Source: a virus. Taken from it: DNA of 64,000 nt. Positions within the stretch are counted from its first letter, which is position 1. Each line of letters begins with the position of its first letter. The DNA is taken from the IMG/VR virus record IMGVR_UViG_3300027909_000017; one strand, given 5' to 3'. This document shows positions 37,141-46,718 of this stretch, piece after piece. The translations under genes and the position numbers were made by a program. Under the pieces are notes generated by a model, which was given only the letters and a program-made list of their open reading frames with translations, made no database searches and was not told the origin of the DNA.

Positions 37141-38355
37141 ATGGCCAATATCGACAATCGATCCGGTGCGTGGAAGAAGTGTGCCACCATCGGTGAAGCT
37201 GCTGCGGTGCCCTGGTCGGCGCTTACGGCAATCATCAGCGACCAGACGCAGATCAAACTTCCGATGACTCCCGAGGAGTTTCAGAAGTTCGAAGGCAACA
37301 TCAACTTCTTCGATGTCGATACCGAGGCCAATCCGTGCCCGGGACGGCAGATCACGGGAGCGTTTACCGGCGCTCGCGTCGAGACGCCGTTCCTCGCGCT
37401 CGGAGCCTTCTTGATCCTCATCGGCGAGGGCTACTCCAAGACGCTGCCCGGAGCGCTCATCTCGGAACCGGCTTCCGAGTCGAGTACCCCGTGCTTCGAC
37501 GGGTGCATTCCCGTTGGAGGTCTCGGTGCAGACGCAGCCGCGCGCAACGCGGCTCTGTACTGGGGTGGACCGACTCAGCTCTTCCTCGAATCGTTCAGCC
37601 AGGCGTACCGCTTCCAGGTGCGCATGGGTCGCCGCATCGTCGTGGTCGACGAGCTCGCCGACCACATCGGTGTGTGGCCCCGCGCGAAGGCGTTCTGCGG
37701 AGCGAGTGACTCACTCGCCCCGATGATGCCCGAGATTCAGGAAGTGAACTCGGTCCTCCACGACAAGGACTTCGACCGGCTCTTCATCCCGCAGAACGTC
37801 GTCGTGGGCGATGCGGGAACCGAGTGCATCGGCGCACCGACCGCTGGAGTGACCTACGGCCACTTCACGCAGTCGGGTATCGCGCACAAGGCGTACATGT
37901 TCCAGCGGCCGCTGCTCTACGTTCCGACGACCACCATCCGGATTGGTCTGACGCGCGTGGAACAAGACTGCTGCTTCCTCGACTCGATGCGGCGCCAAGC
38001 GGTGCTCGATCTCGGCGTCGTGCCGACGCCCGCACCTGGCATCCTCAGCGAGACCTTGGACTGCGGCGCCGGCTACTCGTCGGCGTACACCATCCCGGGT
38101 GGCTGCCTCACCTACGGCGTCGGACTCTTCGGCGTCGAGCTCTTCCCGAGCGCGTGCATCGATTACCTGAACTACATCCTCCCCGAGAGCTTGCAGTTTC
38201 AGATGCTGCTCGAGAACAGCTTCATGCAGGGTCTGCTCCAGGCCAACTCCCTCAAGGGCGCCGGCCAACAGATGCTCAACGGCCTCACGCCGCAGGGCAA
38301 GCAGAACCTCAAGGCGCTGCTCGAGCGCAAGCCGATGGCGATCCTGGACGAGTAA
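37141..38355 (+). CDS. putative major capsid protein, single jelly-roll type
   Basis: AGGAG RBS with flanking hairpins; strand pattern NFFD..PFLALG..YRFQVRMG..DE..IG..RPLLYVP..IRIGL..VGLFG like P23-77/SH1-type MCPs (by eye). Confidence 0.55.
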   Translation: MANIDNRSGAWKKCATIGEAAAVPWSALTAIISDQTQIKLPMTPEEFQKFEGNINFFDVDTEANPCPGRQITGAFTGARVETPFLALGAFLILIGEGYSKTLPGALISEPASESSTPCFDGCIPVGGLGADAAARNAALYWGGPTQLFLESFSQAYRFQVRMGRRIVVVDELADHIGVWPRAKAFCGASDSLAPMMPEIQEVNSVLHDKDFDRLFIPQNVVVGDAGTECIGAPTAGVTYGHFTQSGIAHKAYMFQRPLLYVPTTTIRIGLTRVEQDCCFLDSMRRQAVLDLGVVPTPAPGILSETLDCGAGYSSAYTIPGGCLTYGVGLFGVELFPSACIDYLNYILPESLQFQMLLENSFMQGLLQANSLKGAGQQMLNGLTPQGKQNLKALLERKPMAILDE

Positions 38356-38393
38356 TCGTCCAAGCGCTCGCGTCACACACTAGCAAAAAAGGC

Positions 38394-38421
38394 GCGGGCG
38401 CTCGGTCACTCGGGCGCCCGC
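38394..38421. terminator. GC-rich hairpin after the putative MCP gene
   Basis: GCGGGCGC/GCGCCCGC stem; A6 tract at 38385-38390. Confidence 0.55.
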
Positions 38422-38455
38422 TCCAGTATTCTATTCCGGAAAAAGTGGTGAACCG

Positions 38456-39124
38456 ATGATTGGAGGAAAAAGGGTCAGGGAACTCGGTGTCGGGGACATC
38501 CCGCTCATCGCCCAGTACGACCCGCGCCTCGCGGTTGCGCTGGCATACGGCGGAGCGTTCGCGCCGAAAGGCGTGATCCTCAACGGCATCGCGTCCGCCG
38601 TCGGTGGTTGGGAGATCTTGACGCTCCGAGCAACGTTTCAGAGCGGCACGGCCAACCAGACCATCCCGGTCACGCTGCCGGACGTGGCTGAGGTCGACAT
38701 GTGGGTGCGCGACATCCGCGCGACCGTGCGTCGACCGAACTACTTCCCCGGCAACCCGCTGCGCGATATCGCGAACACCGCGTACGCGCAAAACCCGGAC
38801 ATCGACTTCACGCTCGAGGTGAAGACGTGGTGCAACTTCGCCATCAGTCTCGACCCCGTGCCGCTCGGCTTGATCGCCGAAACGTTCGAGTGTGTTTGCC
38901 CGGTCGGCCTCGTGCTCACGTGCGGTGCGTCGATCATCGGCAGCTTCACGAACACGCGCGCGCTCGTCGACCCGGACGAGATCCCGACCGAGGTCACCGT
39001 CGCGTTGCACGTCACTCGTCTGCCGCGCACGAACTGCTACGCGCAGATCGACATCGCCACAGCACTCAGCGTGCTCAAAGAACAGAAGATCCTGCCCGAC
39101 ATCGATCCTGGTTGCTGCGGGTGA
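38456..39124 (+). CDS. putative second single jelly-roll capsid protein
   Basis: DMWVRDI..DFTLEV..SLDPVPLGLI..LVLTCGASIIGSFTN..EVTVALHVTRL. Confidence 0.55.
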   Translation: MIGGKRVRELGVGDIPLIAQYDPRLAVALAYGGAFAPKGVILNGIASAVGGWEILTLRATFQSGTANQTIPVTLPDVAEVDMWVRDIRATVRRPNYFPGNPLRDIANTAYAQNPDIDFTLEVKTWCNFAISLDPVPLGLIAETFECVCPVGLVLTCGASIIGSFTNTRALVDPDEIPTEVTVALHVTRLPRTNCYAQIDIATALSVLKEQKILPDIDPGCCG

Positions 39125-39135
39125 GGTGGTGATGG

Positions 39136-40086
39136 ATGGCGCAGAGTCGAGCAGATGCGAGGAAGCACGAGTCGGAGATCACGGTAGCGGCTGAGCTACT
39201 ATCCGAGACGCCCGAGCTCGCCCACCTCTCTCGAGACTACTGCGGTTGGCGCTCGCGCTGTCCCGTCGTCGTCGACATCGTCAGTTCCGCGTTCGACATC
39301 GACAACATCGGTCTCGGCAGCTCGCCGTACACCGGCGACATGAGCCGCACCGGCATCGCGGTACCTCTCGCGCCGACGGTCAACCAGCAGCACCGTTACC
39401 TGTTTCGTCTCGCGACCATGGAGGTGCCGAGCGGGGCGGCGGCGGTCATCCTCGGAGTCCACACCGCGCAGACGCTGCGCACCGTGCTCGAGGGGACCGA
39501 CGGTGAAGGCTCGAGCTGTTTTCGACCGCTCGAGATCTTGGTGCGCGAGCCGTTCTGGCAACCGCCGAACGGCAACATCTCGTGGCACTTGAGGCAGTGG
39601 CAGTTGCGCGAGCACCGTCGCTTGCTGACCGCCGGCCCGGCAGCGGCCGGCTTCGACATCCACGTGGACGGCAATGACACCGCGCTCATGTTCGCCGAAA
39701 CCGTGTCGTTCGCGCCGTACACCCCGCCGTTCTCCGGCATGCCTCCAGGGCGCGCGATCGGTGCACTCGGCACGTGGCGCGACAATCGCGACTGGGAGGT
39801 GCACATCCCCATCTTCGGTCCGAAGAAGATCGGCCTCTGGGCGTCAGTGCACCAGTTCGACTCGTTGCTCATCTGCCCGACAACCGCACCGACCGACCTC
39901 GGCGCCATCTCGCAAGAGGACCGCTTCCTGTACGCGTTCGGTTCGACCGGGACCGGCGTCCAATACGGTCGGGTGGCTGGCGCCATCACCGTGGAGCTCT
40001 GGCCGAATTGCAACGACCTGAGAGACCACCTGCGCGCCGGGGGTAAGCTTTTCCAACCGAGTTCAACAAGGAGATTGCAGCCGTGA
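39136..40086 (+). CDS. putative jelly-roll minor capsid/penton protein
   Basis: Beta-rich, no TM, third gene of the capsid-like trio. Confidence 0.4.
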   Translation: MAQSRADARKHESEITVAAELLSETPELAHLSRDYCGWRSRCPVVVDIVSSAFDIDNIGLGSSPYTGDMSRTGIAVPLAPTVNQQHRYLFRLATMEVPSGAAAVILGVHTAQTLRTVLEGTDGEGSSCFRPLEILVREPFWQPPNGNISWHLRQWQLREHRRLLTAGPAAAGFDIHVDGNDTALMFAETVSFAPYTPPFSGMPPGRAIGALGTWRDNRDWEVHIPIFGPKKIGLWASVHQFDSLLICPTTAPTDLGAISQEDRFLYAFGSTGTGVQYGRVAGAITVELWPNCNDLRDHLRAGGKLFQPSSTRRLQP

Positions 40087-41153
40087 GCAAAGTCAATTGG
40101 ACGGGACGCATCAGTCCGGACAACCGCCGCGGCTCTGTGGGAGCTCCCCCGCCCGTGTTCTGGTGGTACTTCAAGGTCTACGCGAAGTACGGAGGCGAGG
40201 TCGTGCACTCGGAGGGCCCGAGCGGCATGACCGGAGCTCAGGGCAACGCGCGCATCTTGATGCTCGGTCAGCAGTACGGGACCGAGTACGTGGTGTGCGG
40301 CACGTACCTCGGCGGCTACGGCGGCAAGAGCACGTACTGCACTTACGACGGTGGCGTCACGACCAAGTACGGTGAGCCGCCGGCTTTCCCGCCGGTGCCG
40401 ACGTCGCCTCCGGTGCCGATCATCCCGCTCTTCTTCAACACGCCTCGCGTCCCGTATCGACCGTTTTTCGGTCCCGCTACCCTCAATCCATTCACGCCGA
40501 TCTTTCCCGGCTACCGCACCCGCGTCTCGTGGGTCGCGCCGTCGCCGCGTCCGTTCTTCGTGTTCGGAGCGCGCAGGGTCGAGTGGCTCGGCAGCCGCCT
40601 CGGTCAGAACGCTTGCAACGACCTGAACAACGCGGTCGCGAGCGCGAAGGCTTCGAGGAACGGGTTGCAGCAGAACTTGAGCGCGGTGAACAACGCGTAC
40701 AACCAAGCGGTGCAAGCCGGTAATCAAGAGGCCATCGCGGATCTCTACGCGACCAAGCTCGGAATCCAGGCCGACCTCGCGAAGCTCGACGCCGACATCG
40801 TCGCGCTCGAGGCTCAGGCGAAGGCCGCGTGCGCGCCGCCCCCGCCGTCGACCGGCTGCACGTCGGACGCTGACTGCGGTCCTGCTGGCTTCAAGTGCGT
40901 CGACGGGAACTGCGTTCCGTGGGACTGCTTCAAGGACTCGGACTGCGGAGCCGGTCTGAAGTGCGACGGCAAGGGCAAGTGCATCCCCGCGACCACGACC
41001 GCGAGCGTCGGCGGTGGTGGGATCTGGCTGCTCGCCGCCGCGGCGGCTGCCGCGATCTTCTTCGCGATTAAACCACCGAAGCTCCCGAAGACTGCCGCCG
41101 GTCGGTTGCAAGAGAACCGTCGGCGTCGACGTCGACAGGCGGCCGCCGCTTGA
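40083..41153 (+). CDS. doubly tagged membrane protein with Cys-rich repeats and QEN-poly-Arg tail
   Basis: KVNWT at N-terminus, RVSWV..RRVEWLG internally, coiled coil, two CxxDxDC repeats, TM. Confidence 0.8.
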   Translation: MSKVNWTGRISPDNRRGSVGAPPPVFWWYFKVYAKYGGEVVHSEGPSGMTGAQGNARILMLGQQYGTEYVVCGTYLGGYGGKSTYCTYDGGVTTKYGEPPAFPPVPTSPPVPIIPLFFNTPRVPYRPFFGPATLNPFTPIFPGYRTRVSWVAPSPRPFFVFGARRVEWLGSRLGQNACNDLNNAVASAKASRNGLQQNLSAVNNAYNQAVQAGNQEAIADLYATKLGIQADLAKLDADIVALEAQAKAACAPPPPSTGCTSDADCGPAGFKCVDGNCVPWDCFKDSDCGAGLKCDGKGKCIPATTTASVGGGGIWLLAAAAAAAIFFAIKPPKLPKTAAGRLQENRRRRRRQAAAA

Positions 41154-41168
41154 GCGGGAGGAGGCTAA

Positions 41169-41546
41169 GTGCGGGTCACTTGGGTCAAAACAAACCGGCG
41201 AGTCGAATGGCTCGGTAAGATTCCGAGCGGGCGCGTCGGTCTGACCGACCAGGAGCGCGTCAACGAGGCGCGGTCGTACTTCCCTGGGTGCTACTCGAAG
41301 GCATTCGATGATTGCATCGATAAAGGCTTGGTGACCGCCTACCCGAATTGTGCGCGAATCCTCGAGCTCTGGGGCAACGACAAGACGGCACCCGTCTCAC
41401 TCCAACTCGACGCCGTGATCGATCAGATGCCGTATTGTTCCGCGCCGAGCACGGCAACGTCGTCGAGCGACAACACGGTGATCTGGGTCGTCGGCGCGGT
41501 GGCGCTCGCCGCCGTCGCTGGTTACGCGCTCGCGGGAGGTTTCTGA
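41169..41546 (+). CDS. tagged tail-anchored Cys-containing protein
   Basis: MRVTWVKTNRRVEWLG...C-terminal TM. Confidence 0.8.
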   Translation: MRVTWVKTNRRVEWLGKIPSGRVGLTDQERVNEARSYFPGCYSKAFDDCIDKGLVTAYPNCARILELWGNDKTAPVSLQLDAVIDQMPYCSAPSTATSSSDNTVIWVVGAVALAAVAGYALAGGF

Positions 41547-41758
41547 TGAGGGTCAACTGGGTCGGAACCAGTCGCGAACTCGAGTTTCACCGCGCGCAGC
41601 GAACGATGCTCAGCGGACCACGTCGTCTCGGTGTCAGTGCCGGCGGCGTCTCGGTCGCGACATCCGGCATCATCGCGCCGCTCGTCGTGGTCGGCATCTT
41701 GGCGCTCGCCATCTACGGCGGCGTGAAGGCGATCGGGAAACTACCAGAGGGGCGTTGA
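41546..41758 (+). CDS. tagged small membrane protein
   Basis: MRVNWVGTSRELEF; ATG overlaps TGA; TM. Confidence 0.75.
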   Translation: MRVNWVGTSRELEFHRAQRTMLSGPRRLGVSAGGVSVATSGIIAPLVVVGILALAIYGGVKAIGKLPEGR

Positions 41759-41761
41759 TGC

Positions 41762-42034
41762 ATGCGCGTCGACTGGGTGCAGAGTCGACGCCGCGTGGAG
41801 TGGCTGGGCGCGCTCCCGTCAGGCGAGAGTGCGGAAGCTCTCGTCGGCGGCGACTTAACAGCGTTGCCCGTCGTGACGTTTCATACCGGCTTGCGTGCTG
41901 GACTCATCGGTCTCGGTCTGTACGTGGCAGGTTTTCGAGGCGAACAACTCGTGAAGGGTGCGATCGCCGGTGCGGTCGGCATCGAGGCGTTCGTGCTAGC
42001 GTGGGCTCTATACGAACGAGGTAAGAAAAAATGA
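41762..42034 (+). CDS. tagged small two-TM protein
   Basis: MRVDWVQSRRRVEWLG. Confidence 0.8.
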   Translation: MRVDWVQSRRRVEWLGALPSGESAEALVGGDLTALPVVTFHTGLRAGLIGLGLYVAGFRGEQLVKGAIAGAVGIEAFVLAWALYERGKKK

Positions 42035-42783
42035 ACGCCGTCAATTGGGTAAACGCACGAGGACAAACTTCGGCGGTTGGTCCGAAAGGTCGCAAGGCGC
42101 GTCGCGTGCAGTGGCTAGGTGCGCCCGCGTTCGGCGTCGGCGCGCTCGACGTCGCCTCGAACGGGTTCGCGAAGGGGCTGCTCGCGTCGTGGAACGCGAC
42201 TGACGGCGCGAACTGGATCAATCAGTACGGCTTGCAGCCGGGTGACGTCGACCCGAACGCCTGGTACGACCGAGACGGCTACGTCCTCGCCGGCTTCGTC
42301 AAGTGGTGGAACGGCACGAACGCGCAGAAGCTTCCCGAGCCGGGGACGAAGAACGGCGTCGCTTGGGTCGACCTGACGCAGCAGCACTTGACCACGCTCC
42401 AGAATTGGGCGCTGTCGAAGGGTATCATCAACCCGGGTCAGCTCCCGGCTTCGCCGCAGCCGACTCCTGTGCCGATGGACATGTCGACGTGCCTGGCCAA
42501 TTGCCAGAACACGTACGGGCTCGATCCGATCTCGCTCGCGACGTGCGCCGCTGCGTGCGCTCAGTCGTTCCCTCTCACTCCTCCACCGGTGCCGATCTCA
42601 CCGACACCGACGACGCCGGCGCCGACTACCCCGCCCTCCACTCCTCCGCCTACCATCCCGACGGCGCCCGTCACGCCGGGCACCACGACGACCAGCGAGA
42701 GCAAGACGAACGTCTGGCCCTGGGTGATCGGTGGCACTGCTTTGGTGGCACTCGGTGCGTTGGTTCTTTCTGGAGGGAAGTGA
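42031..42783 (+). CDS. tagged tail-anchored protein with Pro/Thr linker
   Basis: AVNWV...RRVQWLG; paralogous domain in next gene. Confidence 0.8.
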   Translation: MNAVNWVNARGQTSAVGPKGRKARRVQWLGAPAFGVGALDVASNGFAKGLLASWNATDGANWINQYGLQPGDVDPNAWYDRDGYVLAGFVKWWNGTNAQKLPEPGTKNGVAWVDLTQQHLTTLQNWALSKGIINPGQLPASPQPTPVPMDMSTCLANCQNTYGLDPISLATCAAACAQSFPLTPPPVPISPTPTTPAPTTPPSTPPPTIPTAPVTPGTTTTSESKTNVWPWVIGGTALVALGALVLSGGK

Positions 42784-42786
42784 GCC

Positions 42787-43926
42787 ATGCGCGTCGAATG
42801 GGTACAGAGGCGTCGAGTCCAGTGGGTGCGTGAGACACGCGCTCAGCTCGGTGTTGGTCTGATCGGCATTCTTGAATGGGAAGACCCCGTCGAGAAGAAC
42901 CCGTCCGGCGCGCAGCTTCACGCCAAGAACATTCTCTGGCTGTGGGGAAAGGCGAATCCGACGTACAGCCCGATCGCCGGCTACGGGACTGCGGCCGACC
43001 TCACGAGCAATTGGATGGATCGCGATCGTCAGATGATGTCCGCGTTCTGCAACTGGTGGAACATCACGCACCCGAGCCAGGCGATCCCCATCTCGCAAAA
43101 CGTCACGAACGCGAACATCAAGGCGCTCGACCAGTGGGTCAAGGAAGAGAACGCCAAAGCGTCGCAGGCTCAACCGATCACACCCGGGCAATTCCCTCCG
43201 GGTAGTGGACAGCCGCAACCGCAGCTCACTTTTCCTCTGCTCACTCTCACGCCGCTCGGCTGGCCTCCCGGCGTGCCGTACCCACCGCCGAAACCTTCCT
43301 GGTGGCCCGACGGGCTCAATTACCCACCGGTCGGCGACTCGTGGGCGCCCGTTCCTCCTGGTTGGTGGAATCTCTCGCCGAACCCGCTGCCGTGGCCGCC
43401 GCCGAAACCTGACGGCTGGCCCACGTTCCCGTACCCGCTCCCGCCCACGGCGCTCGCGTCGGTCATGTCGTGCGATCAGGTGTGCGACGCTCAGTTCGGA
43501 ACCAAGGGCACGACTCCGAACCAGACCGCGCTCGACGTCTGCAAGAAGGGTTGCTCGACGGCTGCGACTCCGCCTCCGCTGACGTTCCCGATCGGTCCGC
43601 AGAATCTTCGCCCGCTCCCACCCGACACGGGGACGGCTCCGAGCACGGGGACGACGTCCACGCCGAAGTCGAGCGTCGTGCCGATCGTGCTCGGTCTTGC
43701 AGCGCTCGGCGGCGTCGCGTGGTTGTTGATGCGCGGCAGCGGCACGACCTTGCTCGAGAACCCGCAGTTCAGCTTTCTCGGCTGGACGTTCGGTGCCCAC
43801 AAAACGGGCAGGGGCAAGGTCAAACCGCCGAAGATGAAGCTCACGAAGAAGGGTAAGAAGGAATTCGCCGCGGAATGGAAGCGCGTGTTTCCCACACTAC
43901 CCGTCCCGGATATTGACGAGCCATGA
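42787..43926 (+). CDS. tagged protein with Pro/Trp repeats, TM and LEN-basic tail
   Basis: MRVEWVQRRRVQWV; LLENPQ after TM. Confidence 0.8.
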   Translation: MRVEWVQRRRVQWVRETRAQLGVGLIGILEWEDPVEKNPSGAQLHAKNILWLWGKANPTYSPIAGYGTAADLTSNWMDRDRQMMSAFCNWWNITHPSQAIPISQNVTNANIKALDQWVKEENAKASQAQPITPGQFPPGSGQPQPQLTFPLLTLTPLGWPPGVPYPPPKPSWWPDGLNYPPVGDSWAPVPPGWWNLSPNPLPWPPPKPDGWPTFPYPLPPTALASVMSCDQVCDAQFGTKGTTPNQTALDVCKKGCSTAATPPPLTFPIGPQNLRPLPPDTGTAPSTGTTSTPKSSVVPIVLGLAALGGVAWLLMRGSGTTLLENPQFSFLGWTFGAHKTGRGKVKPPKMKLTKKGKKEFAAEWKRVFPTLPVPDIDEP

Positions 43927-44387
43927 AAGTTGATTGGGTCCGTCCGATGCAGAATGCCTCGCGCTTCGGCGCGCTGGGGCAAGCTGCGACTCCACCGGCG
44001 CCGCCGGGGTGGACGGGTCCGTGGCCGCCTCCGAAACCCCCGTTCTGGGACCTCACCGGGCTGCCCTGGCTGCCCACGGCCCTCCCTGCGCAGCGACCGC
44101 CCTTGTACCCGCCCACGCTGCCCTGGCCGCCTCCGCCGCCCCCGTACTGGCCCGCGGGGTGGGACTGGCCGCCGCAGCCGCCGGCGAGCTGGACGACTCC
44201 GCCTCCGGTGCCTGCCTCGACCCCCGTAACACCCCCCTCCGGCGGCGCGGGGCCGGCACCGACTTCTTCTGTCTCGAGCTCGGGCGGCGACAGCGTCGCT
44301 TACGTGATCGGTGGCGTGCTGGTCCTCGGACTGTTCGCACTTGTCGCGCTCGGCGGCATGGCGTCGCAGGAGGAAGATGCGGCGTGA
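43923..44387 (+). CDS. tagged Pro/Trp-rich tail-anchored protein
   Basis: MKVDWV...GALGQ; WPPPKP repeats; TM. Confidence 0.8.
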   Translation: MKVDWVRPMQNASRFGALGQAATPPAPPGWTGPWPPPKPPFWDLTGLPWLPTALPAQRPPLYPPTLPWPPPPPPYWPAGWDWPPQPPASWTTPPPVPASTPVTPPSGGAGPAPTSSVSSSGGDSVAYVIGGVLVLGLFALVALGGMASQEEDAA

Positions 44388-45097
44388 CTCACCCGCTGGA
44401 CCTCTTCATGCCCGTCGGCGCCGTCGCGATGCCGAGCGCTTGGTTCGATTCCGGATGCGGTGGACCGCGTGCGCGGTGGACCGCTGAAGGTCTGATCGAG
44501 GTCGAGGGCGAGGGTGCGAAGTCGCGTGCACTGCCCGCGGACGTGAAGAAGTGGCGTGACCTGATCATTACCAAGTCGACCAAGTACGGCGTGCCGGCAC
44601 AGTTCACGACCGGCATCATGGGTCTCGAGAGCAGCGGAGATCAGAACGCGAAGTCGCCCGCGAACGCGTGTGGGCTGATGCAGCTCATCCCGTCGACCGC
44701 GTCTGACCAAGCCGGCCGCCCCGTCACGTGCGCGGAGCTCTTGAGCGACGCCGACCTCAACGTTGATCTCGGCACGAAGTTCTTGGCCGAGCTCCTGACG
44801 AAGTACGGCAACAACCCGATCAAGGTCGCGGCCGCCTACAACGCCGGCTCGGCGAAGTGTGGGATGAGCAGCAAGTGCACCTCACCGAATCGATGGAACT
44901 TGCTCACCGACTGCGGTCAGAGCGGCGCGTCCGCTGATTATCCCGGTATCGTGTTCGGCTACACGAACGCGGCCGCAGCGTGGCTCGGCGCCAATCCAAC
45001 GGTGAGCCCGTCTTCGTCAGGACCGAGTCTCGGCGCGCTCGTGCTCGGTACCGCGGCCGCAGGCGGTCTGCTCTGGGCATGGGGAGCATTTAAATGA
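44384..45097 (+). CDS. tail-anchored lytic transglycosylase (SLT family)
   Basis: IMGLESSG, ACGLMQLIPSTA, NVDLGTKFL, AAYNAG; C-terminal TM; GTG coupled. Confidence 0.85.
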   Translation: MTHPLDLFMPVGAVAMPSAWFDSGCGGPRARWTAEGLIEVEGEGAKSRALPADVKKWRDLIITKSTKYGVPAQFTTGIMGLESSGDQNAKSPANACGLMQLIPSTASDQAGRPVTCAELLSDADLNVDLGTKFLAELLTKYGNNPIKVAAAYNAGSAKCGMSSKCTSPNRWNLLTDCGQSGASADYPGIVFGYTNAAAAWLGANPTVSPSSSGPSLGALVLGTAAAGGLLWAWGAFK

Positions 45098-46131
45098 ACC
45101 GCGTCAATTGGTGCGTTCCTATCCGGCGTCTCGAGTTTCTCGGCGCGTACACGGGCTACGACAAGATCAAGGACAACGCGCTCGCCAAGGAGATCATCGG
45201 GCGACGCGGCGCTGTCGACGAGGAGTCGCTCAAGGCGTACGGCAAAGTCGGCGGCACGATCGCGGGTGCGGGACTCTGCGCGGCGACTGGCGTAGGCGCA
45301 ACGGTTGCGGTCGGGTGCGGCATCATCGGCGGCATCATCGGCGAGTGGATCGCGAGCAAGATCCCCGTCGCGCACGGTTCGACGATGGAAGACCTCGTCG
45401 GCGACACGATCAACAACTTCATCAAGCCGAAGGCGAAGCTCTCCGCCAACGGCATGTACGCGGTGCGTGCCTACCTCACGATGCGCGACCTCGCGATCAC
45501 GAAGGGCCTCGCGACTGACGCTTCGTTGACCGCGGCCGGTATTCCTCCGGCACCGGTTGACCCGCGCTGGGCGCCGAACGCGCAGCGGTACTCGCGAGCG
45601 AAGAGCAACTACTCGGACGTGCTCGTCCAGCTCGCGCAGTCATCTGCGTGGCAGAAAGAGTGCAAGGCCGCGAAGAACATCAAGGCCGTGAATTCCAAGT
45701 TCTCGTGCCAGGACTACCTCTATGCCGTCTACTACGAGGGATACATCGGCCCGGTCGCGGCGCCGGGCGAACCGATCGACTGGTACGCGGTCGGGCGCGA
45801 CGAGATCGCGTTCTATTGGAAGGTGCTCAAGTACAAGAAGGACTGCGAGGCGTGGATTCGCGGGCCTCAGTTCATCGGCACGAAGCTCGACCCGAACTTG
45901 ACGTGCCCGATGAATGCGCCGAGTACGCTGGCGAAGATCTACCTCGACAAGCTGAACGCGACGGTGAAGTGGCCCGCTAAGGGCAGCCCGCTACTGCCCG
46001 ACGTCCTCGACATCTCTCAACACATCTTTGGTTCGTCCGGTACCACCAGTACTCCGTCGAAGACAAGTCCGGTGCTCGTGGTCGGAGGACTCGCCGCCGC
46101 TGCTGCGGCGGTGTGGTACTTCTTCCTGTGA
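45094..46131 (+). CDS. tagged membrane protein with glycine-zipper segment
   Basis: RVNWC..RRLEFLG; GGTIAGAGLCAATGVG..GIIGGIIG; C-terminal TM. Confidence 0.8.
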   Translation: MNRVNWCVPIRRLEFLGAYTGYDKIKDNALAKEIIGRRGAVDEESLKAYGKVGGTIAGAGLCAATGVGATVAVGCGIIGGIIGEWIASKIPVAHGSTMEDLVGDTINNFIKPKAKLSANGMYAVRAYLTMRDLAITKGLATDASLTAAGIPPAPVDPRWAPNAQRYSRAKSNYSDVLVQLAQSSAWQKECKAAKNIKAVNSKFSCQDYLYAVYYEGYIGPVAAPGEPIDWYAVGRDEIAFYWKVLKYKKDCEAWIRGPQFIGTKLDPNLTCPMNAPSTLAKIYLDKLNATVKWPAKGSPLLPDVLDISQHIFGSSGTTSTPSKTSPVLVVGGLAAAAAAVWYFFL

Positions 46132-46718
46132 GGGTGAACTGGGTCGGAGCCGTCAACGGCCCGACGGTCTTGATCGGAGACTCGCTCGCGGTCGGGCTCG
46201 CGCAACCGCTCAAGGCGGAGTTCGGCGCCGAGCCGTTTCAAGCGTTCGCGAAGGGCGGAACGGCGGTCTCGCAGTGGCTCAACGGCTCGCAGGCGGGCGA
46301 GCTCGCGAAGGCCCTCGAGCTCGGCCCGAAGCGCGTGCTCGTCTCGCTCGGCACGAACGACACGAACTCGAAGGTGCCCGCGGACCAGCTCAAGCAGCAG
46401 GTCGCCGCTCTCGTGCAGAAGATTCGCGACGTCGGCGCCGAACCGGTGTGGCTCAGCCCGGGAAAACTGCCGTGGCCGTATCCGGACTTGATCGCGGCCG
46501 TCGCGTTCTCGAACGCGCGCGTGGTCATGCAGCCGGACGTCAAGAAGTTCGACGGCATTCACCCGACCGGCGACGGCTACAAGGAGTGGGCGAAGGCGAT
46601 CTATCAGGACTTGAACCCGTCGGCGACGATGGGCACGAGCTCGTCGACGACGAAGACGATCACCAACTTCGCGGTGCTCACCGGTCTCGCGTTGCTCACG
46701 TGGTGGGTGCTGTCGTGA
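46128..46718 (+). CDS. tagged tail-anchored SGNH/GDSL hydrolase
   Basis: MRVNWV; LIGDSLAVG, GTND, DGIHPT; TM. Confidence 0.85.
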   Translation: MRVNWVGAVNGPTVLIGDSLAVGLAQPLKAEFGAEPFQAFAKGGTAVSQWLNGSQAGELAKALELGPKRVLVSLGTNDTNSKVPADQLKQQVAALVQKIRDVGAEPVWLSPGKLPWPYPDLIAAVAFSNARVVMQPDVKKFDGIHPTGDGYKEWAKAIYQDLNPSATMGTSSSTTKTITNFAVLTGLALLTWWVLS

